Positions 24,189 through 34,500 of a stretch of 41,143 nt of DNA are shown piece after piece (position 1 is the first letter of the stretch; the number at the start of each line of letters is the position of its first letter). The position numbers and the translations under genes were made by a program. This stretch comes from Alphaproteobacteria bacterium. Its GTDB lineage: Bacteria > Pseudomonadota > Alphaproteobacteria > Rhizobiales > Rhodomicrobiaceae. The notes beneath the pieces were generated by a model. That model ran no database searches, was not told the DNA's origin, and was given only the letters and a program-made list of their open reading frames with translations. The stretch is from assembly GCA_041740655.1 (NCBI GenBank), contig JBGSLP010000072.1, forward strand, positions 1 through 41,143, given 5' to 3'.

Positions 24189-25922
24189 ATGACCTCGCCC
24201 ATTGAAATCTTAAATGTAACCAAACGTTTCGGCGGACACGCGGCGCTCAGCGACATCTCGGCGACGGCGGATGGCGGTCTGGTGACCGGGCTTGTCGGGC
24301 CCGATGGCGCGGGCAAGACGACGCTGATACGTCTGATGACTGGGCTGCTCGCGCCCAATAAAGGCGCCATTCGCTTGATGGGCTTTGACACGCAAACCAA
24401 CGGCCCGGATGTGCAAAACGAAATCGGCTACATGCCGCAGCGCTTCGGTTTGTACGAAGACCTGACGGTGCAGGAAAACCTCAATCTCTACGCCGATTTG
24501 CGTGGACTGCCGCAGCCCGAACGTGCAGCGACCTTCGATCGGTTGCTGGAATTCACCGCCCTCAAGCCGTTCACCACCCGTTTCGCGGGCAAACTATCCG
24601 GCGGCATGAAACAGAAGCTGGGGATCGCCTGCGCGCTCATCCGCACGCCGCGAGTGCTGCTGCTCGATGAGCCGAGCGTCGGCGTCGACCCGATTTCGCG
24701 GCGCGAGCTTTGGCGCATGGTGCAGGACCTGAAAGACGAAGGCATTGCCGTCATCTGGTCGACAGCCTATCTCGACGAGGCCGAGCGCTGCGACCGCGTG
24801 CTGCTGCTGAATGAGGGCAAACTGCTTTTCAACGGCGCGCCCGGCGATCTCACGAGCCGCATTAAGGATCGTGTCTTCCAATTGCGCGGCATCAAAGGCG
24901 ACAGGCGCGCCGCGCTGACCGCATGCCTTGAAACCGAAGGCGTCATCGACGGCGTCATTCAGGGCGATACCGTGCGTGTTGTCGTGGGCGTTGACAAAAA
25001 CGGTCCTAAAGACCTCCATGCGGAACTCCGGAAAGCCGCGCCCGGCGCCGACATCGTGGCCGTCGAACCGCGCTTCGAGGACGCCTTCATCGACACGCTG
25101 GGCGGCAGCCATGGCGGGCGCTCGGCGCTGGCTGCCTGCGTCGCGGAGAAAAAGCGCGGTGGTCCGGTTATCGAAGCGCGCGGCCTCACCAAGACCTTTG
25201 GAGATTTCACCGCCGCTAAGGACATTACATTCGCTATCCCGCCGGGCGAAATTTTCGGCCTGCTGGGGCCGAACGGCGCGGGTAAATCCACTACGTTTAA
25301 AATGCTGTGCGGGTTGTTGAAGCCCACCCGCGGAGAGGGCCGGGTCGCGGGCTTCGATCTGCGGCGCGCGGCGGCGGACGCACGTAACCGGCTTGGCTAT
25401 ATGGCCCAGAAGTTTTCGCTGTATGGCGATTTGAGCGTGCGGCAGAACCTCGATTTTTTCGCCAGCGTCTATGGTCTGGGCGGGGCGATTAAACGCGGCA
25501 AGATCGACTCCATGATCGAGACCTTCGATCTCGGCGCATATCTCAATACCAACGCCAAGCTGCTCCCCCTCGGCTTCAAGCAGCGGCTCGCACTGGCCTG
25601 CGCAGTCATGCACGAGCCGGACGCGCTGTTTCTCGACGAGCCGACATCGGGCGTCGATCCGATAACCCGCCGCGAATTCTGGGGGCATATCAACGGGCTG
25701 GTCGCCAAGGGCGTCGCCATCCTCGTCACCACGCATTTCATGGACGAGGCGGAGTATTGCGACCGCATCGCGTTGATTTACAGGGGCGAGACCATCGCGC
25801 TCGGCTCGCCGGACGACCTCAAGGCGAGGGCGGTGTCCAGCGAAAACCCGGAGCCATCGCTGGAGGACGCCTTTATCCACCTCGTCGAAGCATCGGAAGC
25901 GTCCGAGGAGGCGGCGGCATGA
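24189..25922 (+). CDS. ybhF: Fused double-ATPase ABC protein (YbhF-like)
   Basis: There are two Walker A motifs (GPDGAGKTT, GPNGAGKST), two signatures (LSGGMKQ; the second is degenerate, LPLGFKQ) and two Walker B motifs (LLLDEPSVGVD, LFLDEPTSGVD). Length is 577 aa. Confidence 0.9.
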   Translation: MTSPIEILNVTKRFGGHAALSDISATADGGLVTGLVGPDGAGKTTLIRLMTGLLAPNKGAIRLMGFDTQTNGPDVQNEIGYMPQRFGLYEDLTVQENLNLYADLRGLPQPERAATFDRLLEFTALKPFTTRFAGKLSGGMKQKLGIACALIRTPRVLLLDEPSVGVDPISRRELWRMVQDLKDEGIAVIWSTAYLDEAERCDRVLLLNEGKLLFNGAPGDLTSRIKDRVFQLRGIKGDRRAALTACLETEGVIDGVIQGDTVRVVVGVDKNGPKDLHAELRKAAPGADIVAVEPRFEDAFIDTLGGSHGGRSALAACVAEKKRGGPVIEARGLTKTFGDFTAAKDITFAIPPGEIFGLLGPNGAGKSTTFKMLCGLLKPTRGEGRVAGFDLRRAAADARNRLGYMAQKFSLYGDLSVRQNLDFFASVYGLGGAIKRGKIDSMIETFDLGAYLNTNAKLLPLGFKQRLALACAVMHEPDALFLDEPTSGVDPITRREFWGHINGLVAKGVAILVTTHFMDEAEYCDRIALIYRGETIALGSPDDLKARAVSSENPEPSLEDAFIHLVEASEASEEAAA

Positions 25923-27055
25923 GCGAGAACGCCCCATCCACTGGACGCGCTCGTCGCTTCCTCGCGTTGCTGCGCAAAGAGTCCATCCAGATCCTGCGCG
26001 ATCCGAGCAGCATCCTCATCGCCTTCGTGCTTCCAATCATCCTGTTGTTTTTGTTCGGCTATGGCGTGTCGCTGGACGCCAATCATGTCCGCATCGGCGT
26101 CGCGGTCGAGGCGTCGAGCGAACCATCACAAAGCCTTGCCGCCAGTTTCCGCGCCTCGCGCTTTTTCGACGTAACCGAGGCGCGGGACAGGCGCGCGTTG
26201 GTGCCGCTGCTCATTGCGGGCAAAATTCGCGGTATCGTCGTCATACCGGCGAGCTTTGGCGAGGACGCCGCCCGCAACGTGCGGACGACCGCTATTCAGG
26301 TCATCACCGACGGCTCCGAACCCAACACTGCCAAGTTCGTCGAGAATTACGCGCAAGGCGTTTGGAGCAATTGGGCGGCGGGCAGGCAGAGCGCCGCCAG
26401 CATGACGCAGCCAGTTAGTCTGGAGCCGCGCTATTGGTTCAACCCGGAACTGACCAGCCGTTATTACCTCGTGCCCGGCGTAATCGCGATTGTCATGGCG
26501 CTGGTTGGCACGCTGCTCACCGCTCTTGTCGTGGCGCGCGAGTGGGAGCGCGGCACGATGGAGGCGATGATGGCGACGCCCATCTCCGTCGCCGAACTCA
26601 TCCTGGGCAAGCTTATCCCGTATTTCGTGCTAGGCCTCGGGGCGATGGCGCTCTGTACGGCCATCGCCATTTTTGTGTTCGGCGTGCCGTTTCGCGGCTC
26701 GTTCCTGGCGCTGCTCCTTATCTCAGCCGCATTTTTGCTGCCCGCGCTCGGCCAAGGGCTGCTCATTTCAGCCGCCACCAAAAACCAGTTCGTCGCGTCC
26801 CAGGCCGCGCTGCTGTCCGGCTTTCTGCCAGCGTTTCTGCTCTCCGGCTTTATTTATGAAATCGGCTCCATGCCGACAATCATTCAGTACATCACGTATA
26901 TCATCCCGGCGCGCTATCTCATTCCCAGCCTGCAAACGGTGTTTCTGGCGGGCGACATCTGGCCGCTGTTCCTTACCGATATTGCCGCCATGCTCGGCAT
27001 CGGCGCGGTGTTCGTGTTCCTCACTGCGCGCACAACACGAAAGAGCCTCGAATAA
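25919..27055 (+). CDS. ybhS: ABC-2 type permease (YbhS-like)
   Basis: ATGA overlap with the ATPase stop. The N-terminus LALLRKESIQILRDPSSILIAFVLPIILL is typical of ABC-2 permeases, followed by a large loop and five C-terminal TM segments. The longer track ORF from 25757 was rejected. Confidence 0.85.
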   Translation: MSENAPSTGRARRFLALLRKESIQILRDPSSILIAFVLPIILLFLFGYGVSLDANHVRIGVAVEASSEPSQSLAASFRASRFFDVTEARDRRALVPLLIAGKIRGIVVIPASFGEDAARNVRTTAIQVITDGSEPNTAKFVENYAQGVWSNWAAGRQSAASMTQPVSLEPRYWFNPELTSRYYLVPGVIAIVMALVGTLLTALVVAREWERGTMEAMMATPISVAELILGKLIPYFVLGLGAMALCTAIAIFVFGVPFRGSFLALLLISAAFLLPALGQGLLISAATKNQFVASQAALLSGFLPAFLLSGFIYEIGSMPTIIQYITYIIPARYLIPSLQTVFLAGDIWPLFLTDIAAMLGIGAVFVFLTARTTRKSLE

Positions 27056-28176
27056 TGTGGCGGCGTCTGCGAGCTTTGATCGTAAAGGAACTGCTGGCGG
27101 TGCTGCGCGATCCGCGGGGACGTTTTATCCTGATCGGCCCGCCGCTTTTGCAGATTTTTCTGTTCAGCTACGCCGCGACGCTTGATGTCAGAAATATCGA
27201 GATCGGCGTACTGAACCGCGACGGCGGACGTGTGAGCGCCGAATTCCTTCAGCAGCTCGACGGCGCACCTGTCATCGCTGGCATCACCCAACTATCGAAT
27301 CTCGCCGAGGTGCGCGAGGCCATCGACAACCGCCGGGTGATCGCGGTGTTGCATTTCGGGCAGGAGTTTTCGCGCGATGTGGCGGCCGGTCGGCCCGCAT
27401 CCGTGCAGGTGATCCTCGATGGGCGGCGCTCGAACTCGTCCCAGATCGTCTTTGGCTATTTATCGAGCATCGCGAGCGGCGTTTCTAATGCCGTAACCCT
27501 CAGCGCTGCAAATTCCGACTCCGGGCCACATGGCGGATCAAACATCGCGGTGCGGCACTGGTTCAACGCAAACCTGAACGACATCTGGTTCATCGTGCCA
27601 AGCCTGCTCGGCACCTTGACGCTGCTCATCGCCCTCACCGTCACCGGCCAATCGGTGGCCCGGGAGCGTGAACTCGGCACTGTCGATCAGCTTATGGTCT
27701 CACCGCTGCGGGTCGGCGAAATCCTCATCGGCAAGACCGTGCCGCCGCTACTTATCGGCCTGGCGCAGACCACGGCGTTTCTCGCTATTGCTACGCTCTA
27801 CTTCCAGGTGCCATTTCGCGGCTCGCTGCTTCTGTTGTATCTCAGCGTGATATTTTTTCTGGCGGCGGTCATCGGCGTGGGCCTGTTCATCTCCTCAATC
27901 GCGCAAACGCAGCAGCAGGCGTTTCTCGGCACGTTCATGTTCACGTCGCCCGCGATCCTGCTCTCCGGCTTCGCGACCCCCATTGAAAACATGCCCGGCT
28001 GGCTTCAGATCATCACCATGGGCAACCCTTTGCGCCATTTCCTCGTCATCGTGCGCGGGGTGTTTTTGAAAGGCATGCCAGCGCTGGACGTGCTGGCTAA
28101 CATTGCGCCGCTTGTCCTTATTGCCGCATTTACGCTCACAACCGCCGCATGGCTGTTCCGCGCCCGTATGGAGTAG
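27055..28176 (+). CDS. ybhR: ABC-2 type permease (YbhR-like)
   Basis: TAATG overlap with the upstream gene. The N-terminus reads LRALIVKELLAVLRDPRGRFILIGPPLLQ. It is a paralog of the preceding permease. Confidence 0.85.
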   Translation: MWRRLRALIVKELLAVLRDPRGRFILIGPPLLQIFLFSYAATLDVRNIEIGVLNRDGGRVSAEFLQQLDGAPVIAGITQLSNLAEVREAIDNRRVIAVLHFGQEFSRDVAAGRPASVQVILDGRRSNSSQIVFGYLSSIASGVSNAVTLSAANSDSGPHGGSNIAVRHWFNANLNDIWFIVPSLLGTLTLLIALTVTGQSVARERELGTVDQLMVSPLRVGEILIGKTVPPLLIGLAQTTAFLAIATLYFQVPFRGSLLLLYLSVIFFLAAVIGVGLFISSIAQTQQQAFLGTFMFTSPAILLSGFATPIENMPGWLQIITMGNPLRHFLVIVRGVFLKGMPALDVLANIAPLVLIAAFTLTTAAWLFRARME

Positions 28177-28250
28177 ATATTCGCTCACAGTGGCAAAAAG
28201 CTATCGGGATGCGGGCTGGCTAAAATTCAATGACTTTCGTTTTGCGCCTC

Positions 28251-29013
28251 CTAACGCTGCAAACGACCCTGCCAGTAAACAACTTCCGCACCGTTTATTT
28301 CCCATGCGACCTCGCCCGCAAATGGAAGCCACATCCCGTTATACTTGCGATAATCGGAGAAACGGCCTCGCCATGGCGTCGGCAGAAGCGGCGCTGTGGG
28401 GGAGCGCGGTCGATCCCGGGTAAACGGCGGATGCAATTCGCCCTTCCCCGTCGACGCGAAGTGCGACCTCGCCTGCGGTCGCTCCAGAACCCGCACTGAC
28501 GGCCAAAGTGTCGGCGCCGTCCACACGCCAGCGCAATGCGGAGTTCAGGAGAATGGCGTCGGGCGCCCAGGCAAGTTCGGCCAGGTAGCGCATCCGCTCA
28601 CCGCGCATGAGCGCGGGCGTGTGCTCGGCACGGGCGATCGGGATGATGCCGAGCGCGGTGATATCAAAATGGCCCTCGCTATCTGTCAAAGCATCTAGCG
28701 CCGAGATCATGCCAAATGGCCCAGCCCGCGCCCGCCAGTCGAAGGTGCATTCTAGCGTCGAGATCGTTTGGCTCGCGGTGAACGCCATCCACGATTGAGC
28801 GTCAATGGTCAGCATTTCGCCTAAAGCCTCGTTGCGAGGATTGGCTAGCTTTGGCCGACGCCACAATGATAACTTTCGTCGCGAGCACCAAGAGAAGCAA
28901 GATACGGGCAACGGAGCGACGTCGCGCTCATCGGCTCTCGGCCCACGGATCGTAACTGCCGAAGTTCCAGACATGGCCTTCTGGATCGCGGCACGAATAC
29001 ACGCGCCCGCCAT
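28251..29013 (-). pseudogene. Frameshifted gene (DUF6544-like, tentative)
   Basis: Track ORFs 28339..29013 and 28251..28526 overlap in different frames. They read as one protein if a 1-nt indel near 28420-28432 is corrected: ...GEVALRVDGEGRIASA / FTRDRPRSPTAPLLPTPWRGRFSDYRKYNGMWLPFAGEVAWEINGAEVVYWQG. The 5' end also overlaps the upstream VOC gene. Confidence 0.45.
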
Positions 29014-29362
29014 AGTCCTCGTCCTTGATCTCGATCACGATCTGCGCTCCGGCTTTGACGGCTTTTGCGTAATGCGCATCGACGTCTGCAACGATGATGT
29101 ACACGCTTTGCGAGCCTATTCCGCCGATTTGCGCAGGGGATTTAACGAGTTTGCTGAATTCATTGTTCATCGCCGAACCCAACATAATCATCCCGTTGGC
29201 GTAGGTGAGTTGAGCATGGGCGATCGCGCCGCTGGGGTCAGGCACCACAAGATTTTTCTCGAAACCGAAAGCTTCGCATAGCCATTTTATCGCTGCCTGC
29301 CCGTCGCGGTAACGAAGGGTCGGAATGATCGTGCAGTACATAGCCTTAGGTGTGCTCGCCAT
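28928..29362 (-). CDS. VOC (glyoxalase/bleomycin-resistance) family protein
   Basis: IIPTLRYRDGQAAIKWLCEAFGFE...HAQLTYANGMIMLG...YGGRVYSCRDPEGHVWNFGSYDPW is typical of PhnB-like VOC proteins. Confidence 0.8.
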   Translation of the reverse strand: MASTPKAMYCTIIPTLRYRDGQAAIKWLCEAFGFEKNLVVPDPSGAIAHAQLTYANGMIMLGSAMNNEFSKLVKSPAQIGGIGSQSVYIIVADVDAHYAKAVKAGAQIVIEIKDEDYGGRVYSCRDPEGHVWNFGSYDPWAESR

Positions 29363-29413
29363 TGCAGTTTCCTCATTGCCTATTGGTTCAAAGTAGGTCG
29401 GTGCGCCAAAGCA

Positions 29414-30511
29414 TTATCCCATTGTGACCGCGTTCACGGGGCGGCGCGACGAAAAAGGTAGCGCGGCGCCAAAGCCGAAGCGCATCACGATGTCGGTGCG
29501 ACGGCCGGGTAAGCCGACAAGGCTCGCCAATAAGGGGCGGAGTTTGGCAACTTCGACGGGCTGGTTGATGAAGGCGTGCTTAAGGCCGAGCGCCGTCGCC
29601 TGTAGTGCAAAACGCTGGCAGGCGCGCCCTGCGCGGAACCAATGTTCTTTGTCCTCGCGCTGGGAGACGAACACTGCGATGCCCGCTGACGATCGGATCT
29701 GCCGCGCATATTTGTCGTTCTCCGCGTCCACACCCGCGAACCAGTCAAATGCGAGTGGCCCAGCCCAGGCCGGAGCGATCGGGAGGCCGCTTGCCGCGCT
29801 GAACAGGCCGTCGCCGGTCTCTATCGCCTGGCGCGGGCTGAAGCGGAGCCATGATTTCAACTCGGTTATGAACGCTTGGTCCGCCATCTGCGCGCTGTTG
29901 CCCGCGACGACCAGATCACGCACCTCGTCAATTTGTGGCCGCTCAGTGATGAGCACCAGATCGACGCCGGGAACCGACGCTGTATTCGCCAGTCTCTTCA
30001 AATCGGCGGCGCTGACCGGCCTGCTATCATATTCGGCGCGTGTCGATTGGCGCCGCGGGATGGCGTCAAAGAGGGCGGGCTCGACTGCCTGCCCGCCTCC
30101 GAATGCGAACGCTACGGAGCCATCATTCGCCGGGTTGAAGCTGAGTTCGCCAGCGCGTCCGCGCGCGCCCGCCGCAATCGCCAAATTCTCGGCCGCGCAG
30201 CCCAGACTCGCAAAGAGGTGGTGGTCGTCGGGATCGACAACCGGGGTTCGCCGCGTAAAGTCTGGCAGTATCTCGATGCTTTCGTTGCTAGCGCGAAACA
30301 GCCAAGGTTGGGTGTTGTGGCCGTTCGCGGCGAGGGTTGCGAAGCGGATGAAGTCGCACAGCTCCGGGCGTTCGGCGAGGGCGGCGCGGCTCTCGCCGAC
30401 CCGGGCATCGTAGTCCGCCATCGAACCCATCCGCCGCCATCCAGCATAAGCCGCGCCAGCGCCCGCAACCGCCAAAGCGCCACCGCATAATAGAATTTGC
30501 CGTCTGTTCAT
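29414..30511 (-). CDS. Acg-family FMN-binding nitroreductase-like protein with twin-arginine-type leader
   Basis: The N-terminus reads MNRRQILLCGGALAVAGAGAAYAG. The HNTQPWLF motif and a duplicated nitroreductase-like architecture of about 330 aa are present. ATGA overlap with the upstream gene. Confidence 0.75.
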   Translation of the reverse strand: MNRRQILLCGGALAVAGAGAAYAGWRRMGSMADYDARVGESRAALAERPELCDFIRFATLAANGHNTQPWLFRASNESIEILPDFTRRTPVVDPDDHHLFASLGCAAENLAIAAGARGRAGELSFNPANDGSVAFAFGGGQAVEPALFDAIPRRQSTRAEYDSRPVSAADLKRLANTASVPGVDLVLITERPQIDEVRDLVVAGNSAQMADQAFITELKSWLRFSPRQAIETGDGLFSAASGLPIAPAWAGPLAFDWFAGVDAENDKYARQIRSSAGIAVFVSQREDKEHWFRAGRACQRFALQATALGLKHAFINQPVEVAKLRPLLASLVGLPGRRTDIVMRFGFGAALPFSSRRPVNAVTMG

Positions 30512-31524
30512 AGCGTCGGCGCCGAGTGCGCGCCGACCTGGTAGCCCTGGAGAATTTTCCGATAATTCGCGCGCTCGTACTCTTCCGGATTGCGGATTTT
30601 GCCTTGCGCGAGAAGCCCGCGAATGCGCGAAAGCCCGTCCATGTCGCGCTGGTCCAGCCAGTCGGCCAAACCATCGACGAGTTTGCGCATATGGGGCACG
30701 CCGTGTTCCAGAAGCGCCGATGTCGTCATCACCACGTCCGCACCCGCCAGCAGATATTTGACGACATCCTCGGTGTTATGCACGCCGGTGGTGGCCGCAA
30801 GCGACGCCTTGATCCGGCCATGCAGCACGGCGATCCACAACAGCGGCAGCCGCATGTCGGCCGAACGGCTCAAATCGAGATCGTGGGTAATCTTGAGGCG
30901 CACCACGTCAATATCCGGCTGATAGAACCGATTGAACAGCACCAGGCCGTCCGCGCCGGCCAGCGCTAATTCCCCCGCCATATGCCCGGGCGAGCTGAAA
31001 TACGGGCCGACCTTGACCGCCACCGGGATGGTAACCCGGGATTTCACCACGCGGACGATATTCAGATAGCGATCTTCAATGTCGCGGCCTGAGAGGCTGA
31101 TGTCCGTGGGCAGCAGATAGATGTTCAGCTCCAATGCGTCGGCCCCGGCCTCCTCAAGCTGAGCAGCGTGCTCGACCCAGCTATCTTTGTTTCCGGCATT
31201 GAGGCTGGCGATGATCGGGATTTTGACCGCCGCTTTCGCAGCCCGCACGATTTCCAGATAATGGTCCGCGCCGATGTTATGCGGGTTTGGCGGTGGAAAA
31301 TAACTTGAGGCTTCGGGTGAGCTTAGGGCGCCTGCGCCCGTCAGCGCGTCATGCCGGTGCATCTCGGCGTCGATCTGCTCCGCGAAGATCGAGGGCAACA
31401 CGACCGCGCCCGCGCCTGCGTCCTCCAGCGCGCGGATGTTGCCAAGATCGTTGTTAAGCGGCGAGGCCGACGCGACCAGCGGGTTGCGCAAGGTCAGGCC
31501 CATATAGGTCGTGGTGAGATCCAT
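30508..31524 (-). CDS. Dihydroorotate-dehydrogenase-like TIM-barrel flavoprotein lacking the canonical catalytic Cys/Ser
   Basis: The fold is DHOD class-1-like (LRNPLVASASPL, GADALELNI, GADGLVLFNR, ATTGV). ELNIYLLPTD replaces the N-x-S-C/S-P-N active-site loop. The ATG at 31524 is preceded by GAGGGAG and lies 1 nt after the nifJ stop. Confidence 0.8.
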   Translation of the reverse strand: MDLTTTYMGLTLRNPLVASASPLNNDLGNIRALEDAGAGAVVLPSIFAEQIDAEMHRHDALTGAGALSSPEASSYFPPPNPHNIGADHYLEIVRAAKAAVKIPIIASLNAGNKDSWVEHAAQLEEAGADALELNIYLLPTDISLSGRDIEDRYLNIVRVVKSRVTIPVAVKVGPYFSSPGHMAGELALAGADGLVLFNRFYQPDIDVVRLKITHDLDLSRSADMRLPLLWIAVLHGRIKASLAATTGVHNTEDVVKYLLAGADVVMTTSALLEHGVPHMRKLVDGLADWLDQRDMDGLSRIRGLLAQGKIRNPEEYERANYRKILQGYQVGAHSAPTL

Positions 31525-31525
31525 G

Positions 31526-34500
31526 TCAGACTCCCTCAATGAGCGCTGCGGCGGCGAGCGCGTGGCCGTTGGCCTTCACCGCCGGGCTTGGGTGTTGCTG
31601 TGGCTCCGCCGCGACGCCGGCCTGGTGGATTGCGGCCAAATCTTCATATTGTTGATATTTCGCAGTCGCCCCTGCTTGCGCTTGGGCCATCAGTTCGGCA
31701 GCGACCTTGGGCATGGTGCGCGCCAGCGACGTGTAGCGGATCTCGTTTTTCGCATAGTCCATGAACGGGATGGTGGGCCGCGGGCTGTCGAGCCGGAACG
31801 GGTTCTCGCCAATGGCACGCATGGCAGGGCTGTAGCGGATCAGCGGCCAATACCCGCTCGCCACCGCCAAGTCCTGCTGCTTCATGCCAAAGCGCATGTC
31901 GATGCCGTGGGCGATGCACTGGCTGTAGGCGAGGATGAGCGACGGGCCGGGGTAAGCCTCAGCCTCGCGGAAGGCCTCAAGAGTGTGCTGCGGGTTAGCG
32001 CCCATGGCGACCTGCGCCACATACACGTTGCCATAGGCCATGGTCTGCAGCGCGAGGTCCTTGCGCGCCGTGCGCTTGCCGCCGGTCGCGAACTTGGCGA
32101 CGGCGCCGAGAGGCGTCGCTTTGGAGGCTTGCCCGCCGGTGTTGGAATAAACCTCCGTATCGAGGATCAGCACGTTCACGTCGCGGCCGCTGGCGAGCAC
32201 GTGGTCAAGGCCGCCATAGTCGATGTCATAGGCCCAGCCATCACCGCCGACCAGCCACACGCTGCGCCGCACGAGATGATCGACGACCGAGAGCAGGTTG
32301 CGCGCCGGTTCGCTGTCGATTTTCAGCAGCTTGGTTTTGAGTTCCGCCACTCGGATGCGCTGTCTGCGGATGTCAGATTCCTGGATTTGCTGCGCATTGG
32401 CGATTGCCGCCGCCAGTTCCGGCCCGACGATCGGCGCGAGATCGTCGAGCAGCGTCAGCGCCAGATCGAGATGCTTATCGGCCGCCAATCGAAAGCCAAG
32501 GCCGAACTCAGCGTTGTCCTCGAAGAGCGAGTTCGACCAGGCCGGGCCGCGGCCCTCCCGATCTTTCGTCCATGGCGTCACCGGCAGGTTTGCGCCATAA
32601 ATCGAGGAGCAGCCCGTGGCGTTGGCGATCATGGCGCGGTCGCCGAACAATTGCGACAAAAGCTTGAGGTAAGGCGTCTCGCCGCAGCCCGCGCAGGCGC
32701 CGGAAAACTCAAACGTGGGTTCGAGAAACTGCACGCCCGAGACGTTGGCAAAGTTCACCCGCGCGCGGTCGTTCACCGGCAGCTTTTCGAAGAACGCCAT
32801 GCTGACGCGCTCGGCGTCGAGGATCGGCGCTTTTTCCGCGAGGTTGATGGCTTTCTTGTCAGGCTCTGTTGGGCTATGGGCTGGGCACGCCTCGATGCAG
32901 AGCCCGCAGCCGGTGCAATCCTCCACATAAAATTGCAGCGTAAAGCGCGTTTCAGGATAGCCGCGCGCATTCACGGGCGCCGATTTGAACGCGGCGGGCG
33001 CGCCAGCGAGCTGGTCCTCGTGGTAATTGCGCGAGCGGATCACGCTGTGCGGGCAGACAAAGCTGCACTGGCCGCATTGGATGCAAAGATCGGCCTCCCA
33101 AACGGGCACGAAATCCGAGATGTTGCGCTTTTCATACGCCGCCGTGCCGGACGGGTACGTGCCATCGATCGGCATCGCGCTCACCGGCAGCGTGTCGCCT
33201 AGCCCTCGCATAGCGACCGCTGTAAAAGTCTGCACGAAGGCGGGCGCGGATTTCGGCACGATGGGCGGCTGGTCGAACGCGCTGGTCACGGCGCTCGGCA
33301 CGCGCACTTGGAACAGCTTGGCGAGGGCGCCATCGACTGCGGCGAAGTTTTTGGCGATCACCGCCTCGCCCTTGCGCGCATAGGTTTTTTTGATGGATGC
33401 CTTAATCTGGTCGATGGCCTCGTCGCGTGGCATCACCCCGGAGATGGCAAAGAAGCAGGTTTGCAGGATGGTGTTCGTTAATCCGGCGAGACCCGCCTCG
33501 CGCGCCGCGTTTGACGCGTCGATGACGTAGAATTTCAGCCGCTTGTCGATGATCTGCCTTTGCACAAGGCGGGGGAGACGATCCCACACCTCGTCGGGCC
33601 CATAGATCGTGTTTAGCAAAAAGGTTGCACCGGGCGCGGCGATGCGCAGCACATCCTGCCTGTCCAGAAAATTGAACTGGTGGCAAGCCACAAAGCTCGC
33701 AGAGCCGATGAGATATGGCGCGCGGATTGGTTTTGGCCCGAACCGCAAATGCGAAACCGTCATCGCGCCCGATTTGTGGCTGTCGTAAACGAAGTAGGCT
33801 TGCGCGAACATGCCAGCGTCTTCTGCGATAATTTTCGCGCTGTTCTTGTTCGCGCCAACCGTGCCGTCTGCGCCGAGGCCGTAGAAAACCGCGCGGACTT
33901 CGTCGGCGGCCTCGAGTGTGAAGCTCGGGTCTACCGCCAAACTGGTGTGGGTCACATCGTCGTTGATGCCGACGGTGAAGCTGTTTTTCGGGTCGCGGTT
34001 TTTCAACTCGTCGAACACGGCTTTCGCCATCGCCGGGTTAAAGTTCTTCGAGGATAGGCCGTAGCGCCCGCCGATCACCATCGGCATGGCGCGGCGATTG
34101 CCACGGGCGACGGCTTCGGCGAGCACGGTTACGACATCGGTGTAAAGCGGCTCGCCAACTGCGCCAGACTCTTTTGTCTGCTCGATCACCGCGATATGCG
34201 TGCAACTCGCTGGCAAGGCGGCAAGAAAATGCTCGACCGAAAAGGGCCGGTAGAGCCGCACTTGCAGCACGCCGACGCGCTCGCCCTTCGCCCGCAATGC
34301 CTGCGCCACCTCCATCGCCGTCTCAGCGCCTGTGCCCATGGCGATGACGACCTGCTCCGCATCGGGCGCGCCGTAATAATCGAACAGGCGGTATTGGCGT
34401 CCTGTGAGCTTGGCGAGGGCGTCCATCTGCGCCTGGACGATGCCGGGAACCGCCGCATAAAACGAGTTCGCCGTCTCGCGGGACTGGAAAAACGTATCCG

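Noticed and set aside
31511-33202. 563-aa plus-strand ORF, together with similar long antisense ORFs at 24594..25937, 36610..38121, 29424..30413, 16508..17242, 40226..41047 and 35884..36567.
   Set aside because: Each lies fully antisense to a gene with strong motif support (nifJ, ybhF, MFS, Acg, kinase, Pat, GltD-like). Their translations are Arg/Ala/Gly/His-rich with no recognisable motifs. They are typical shadow ORFs of GC-rich DNA.
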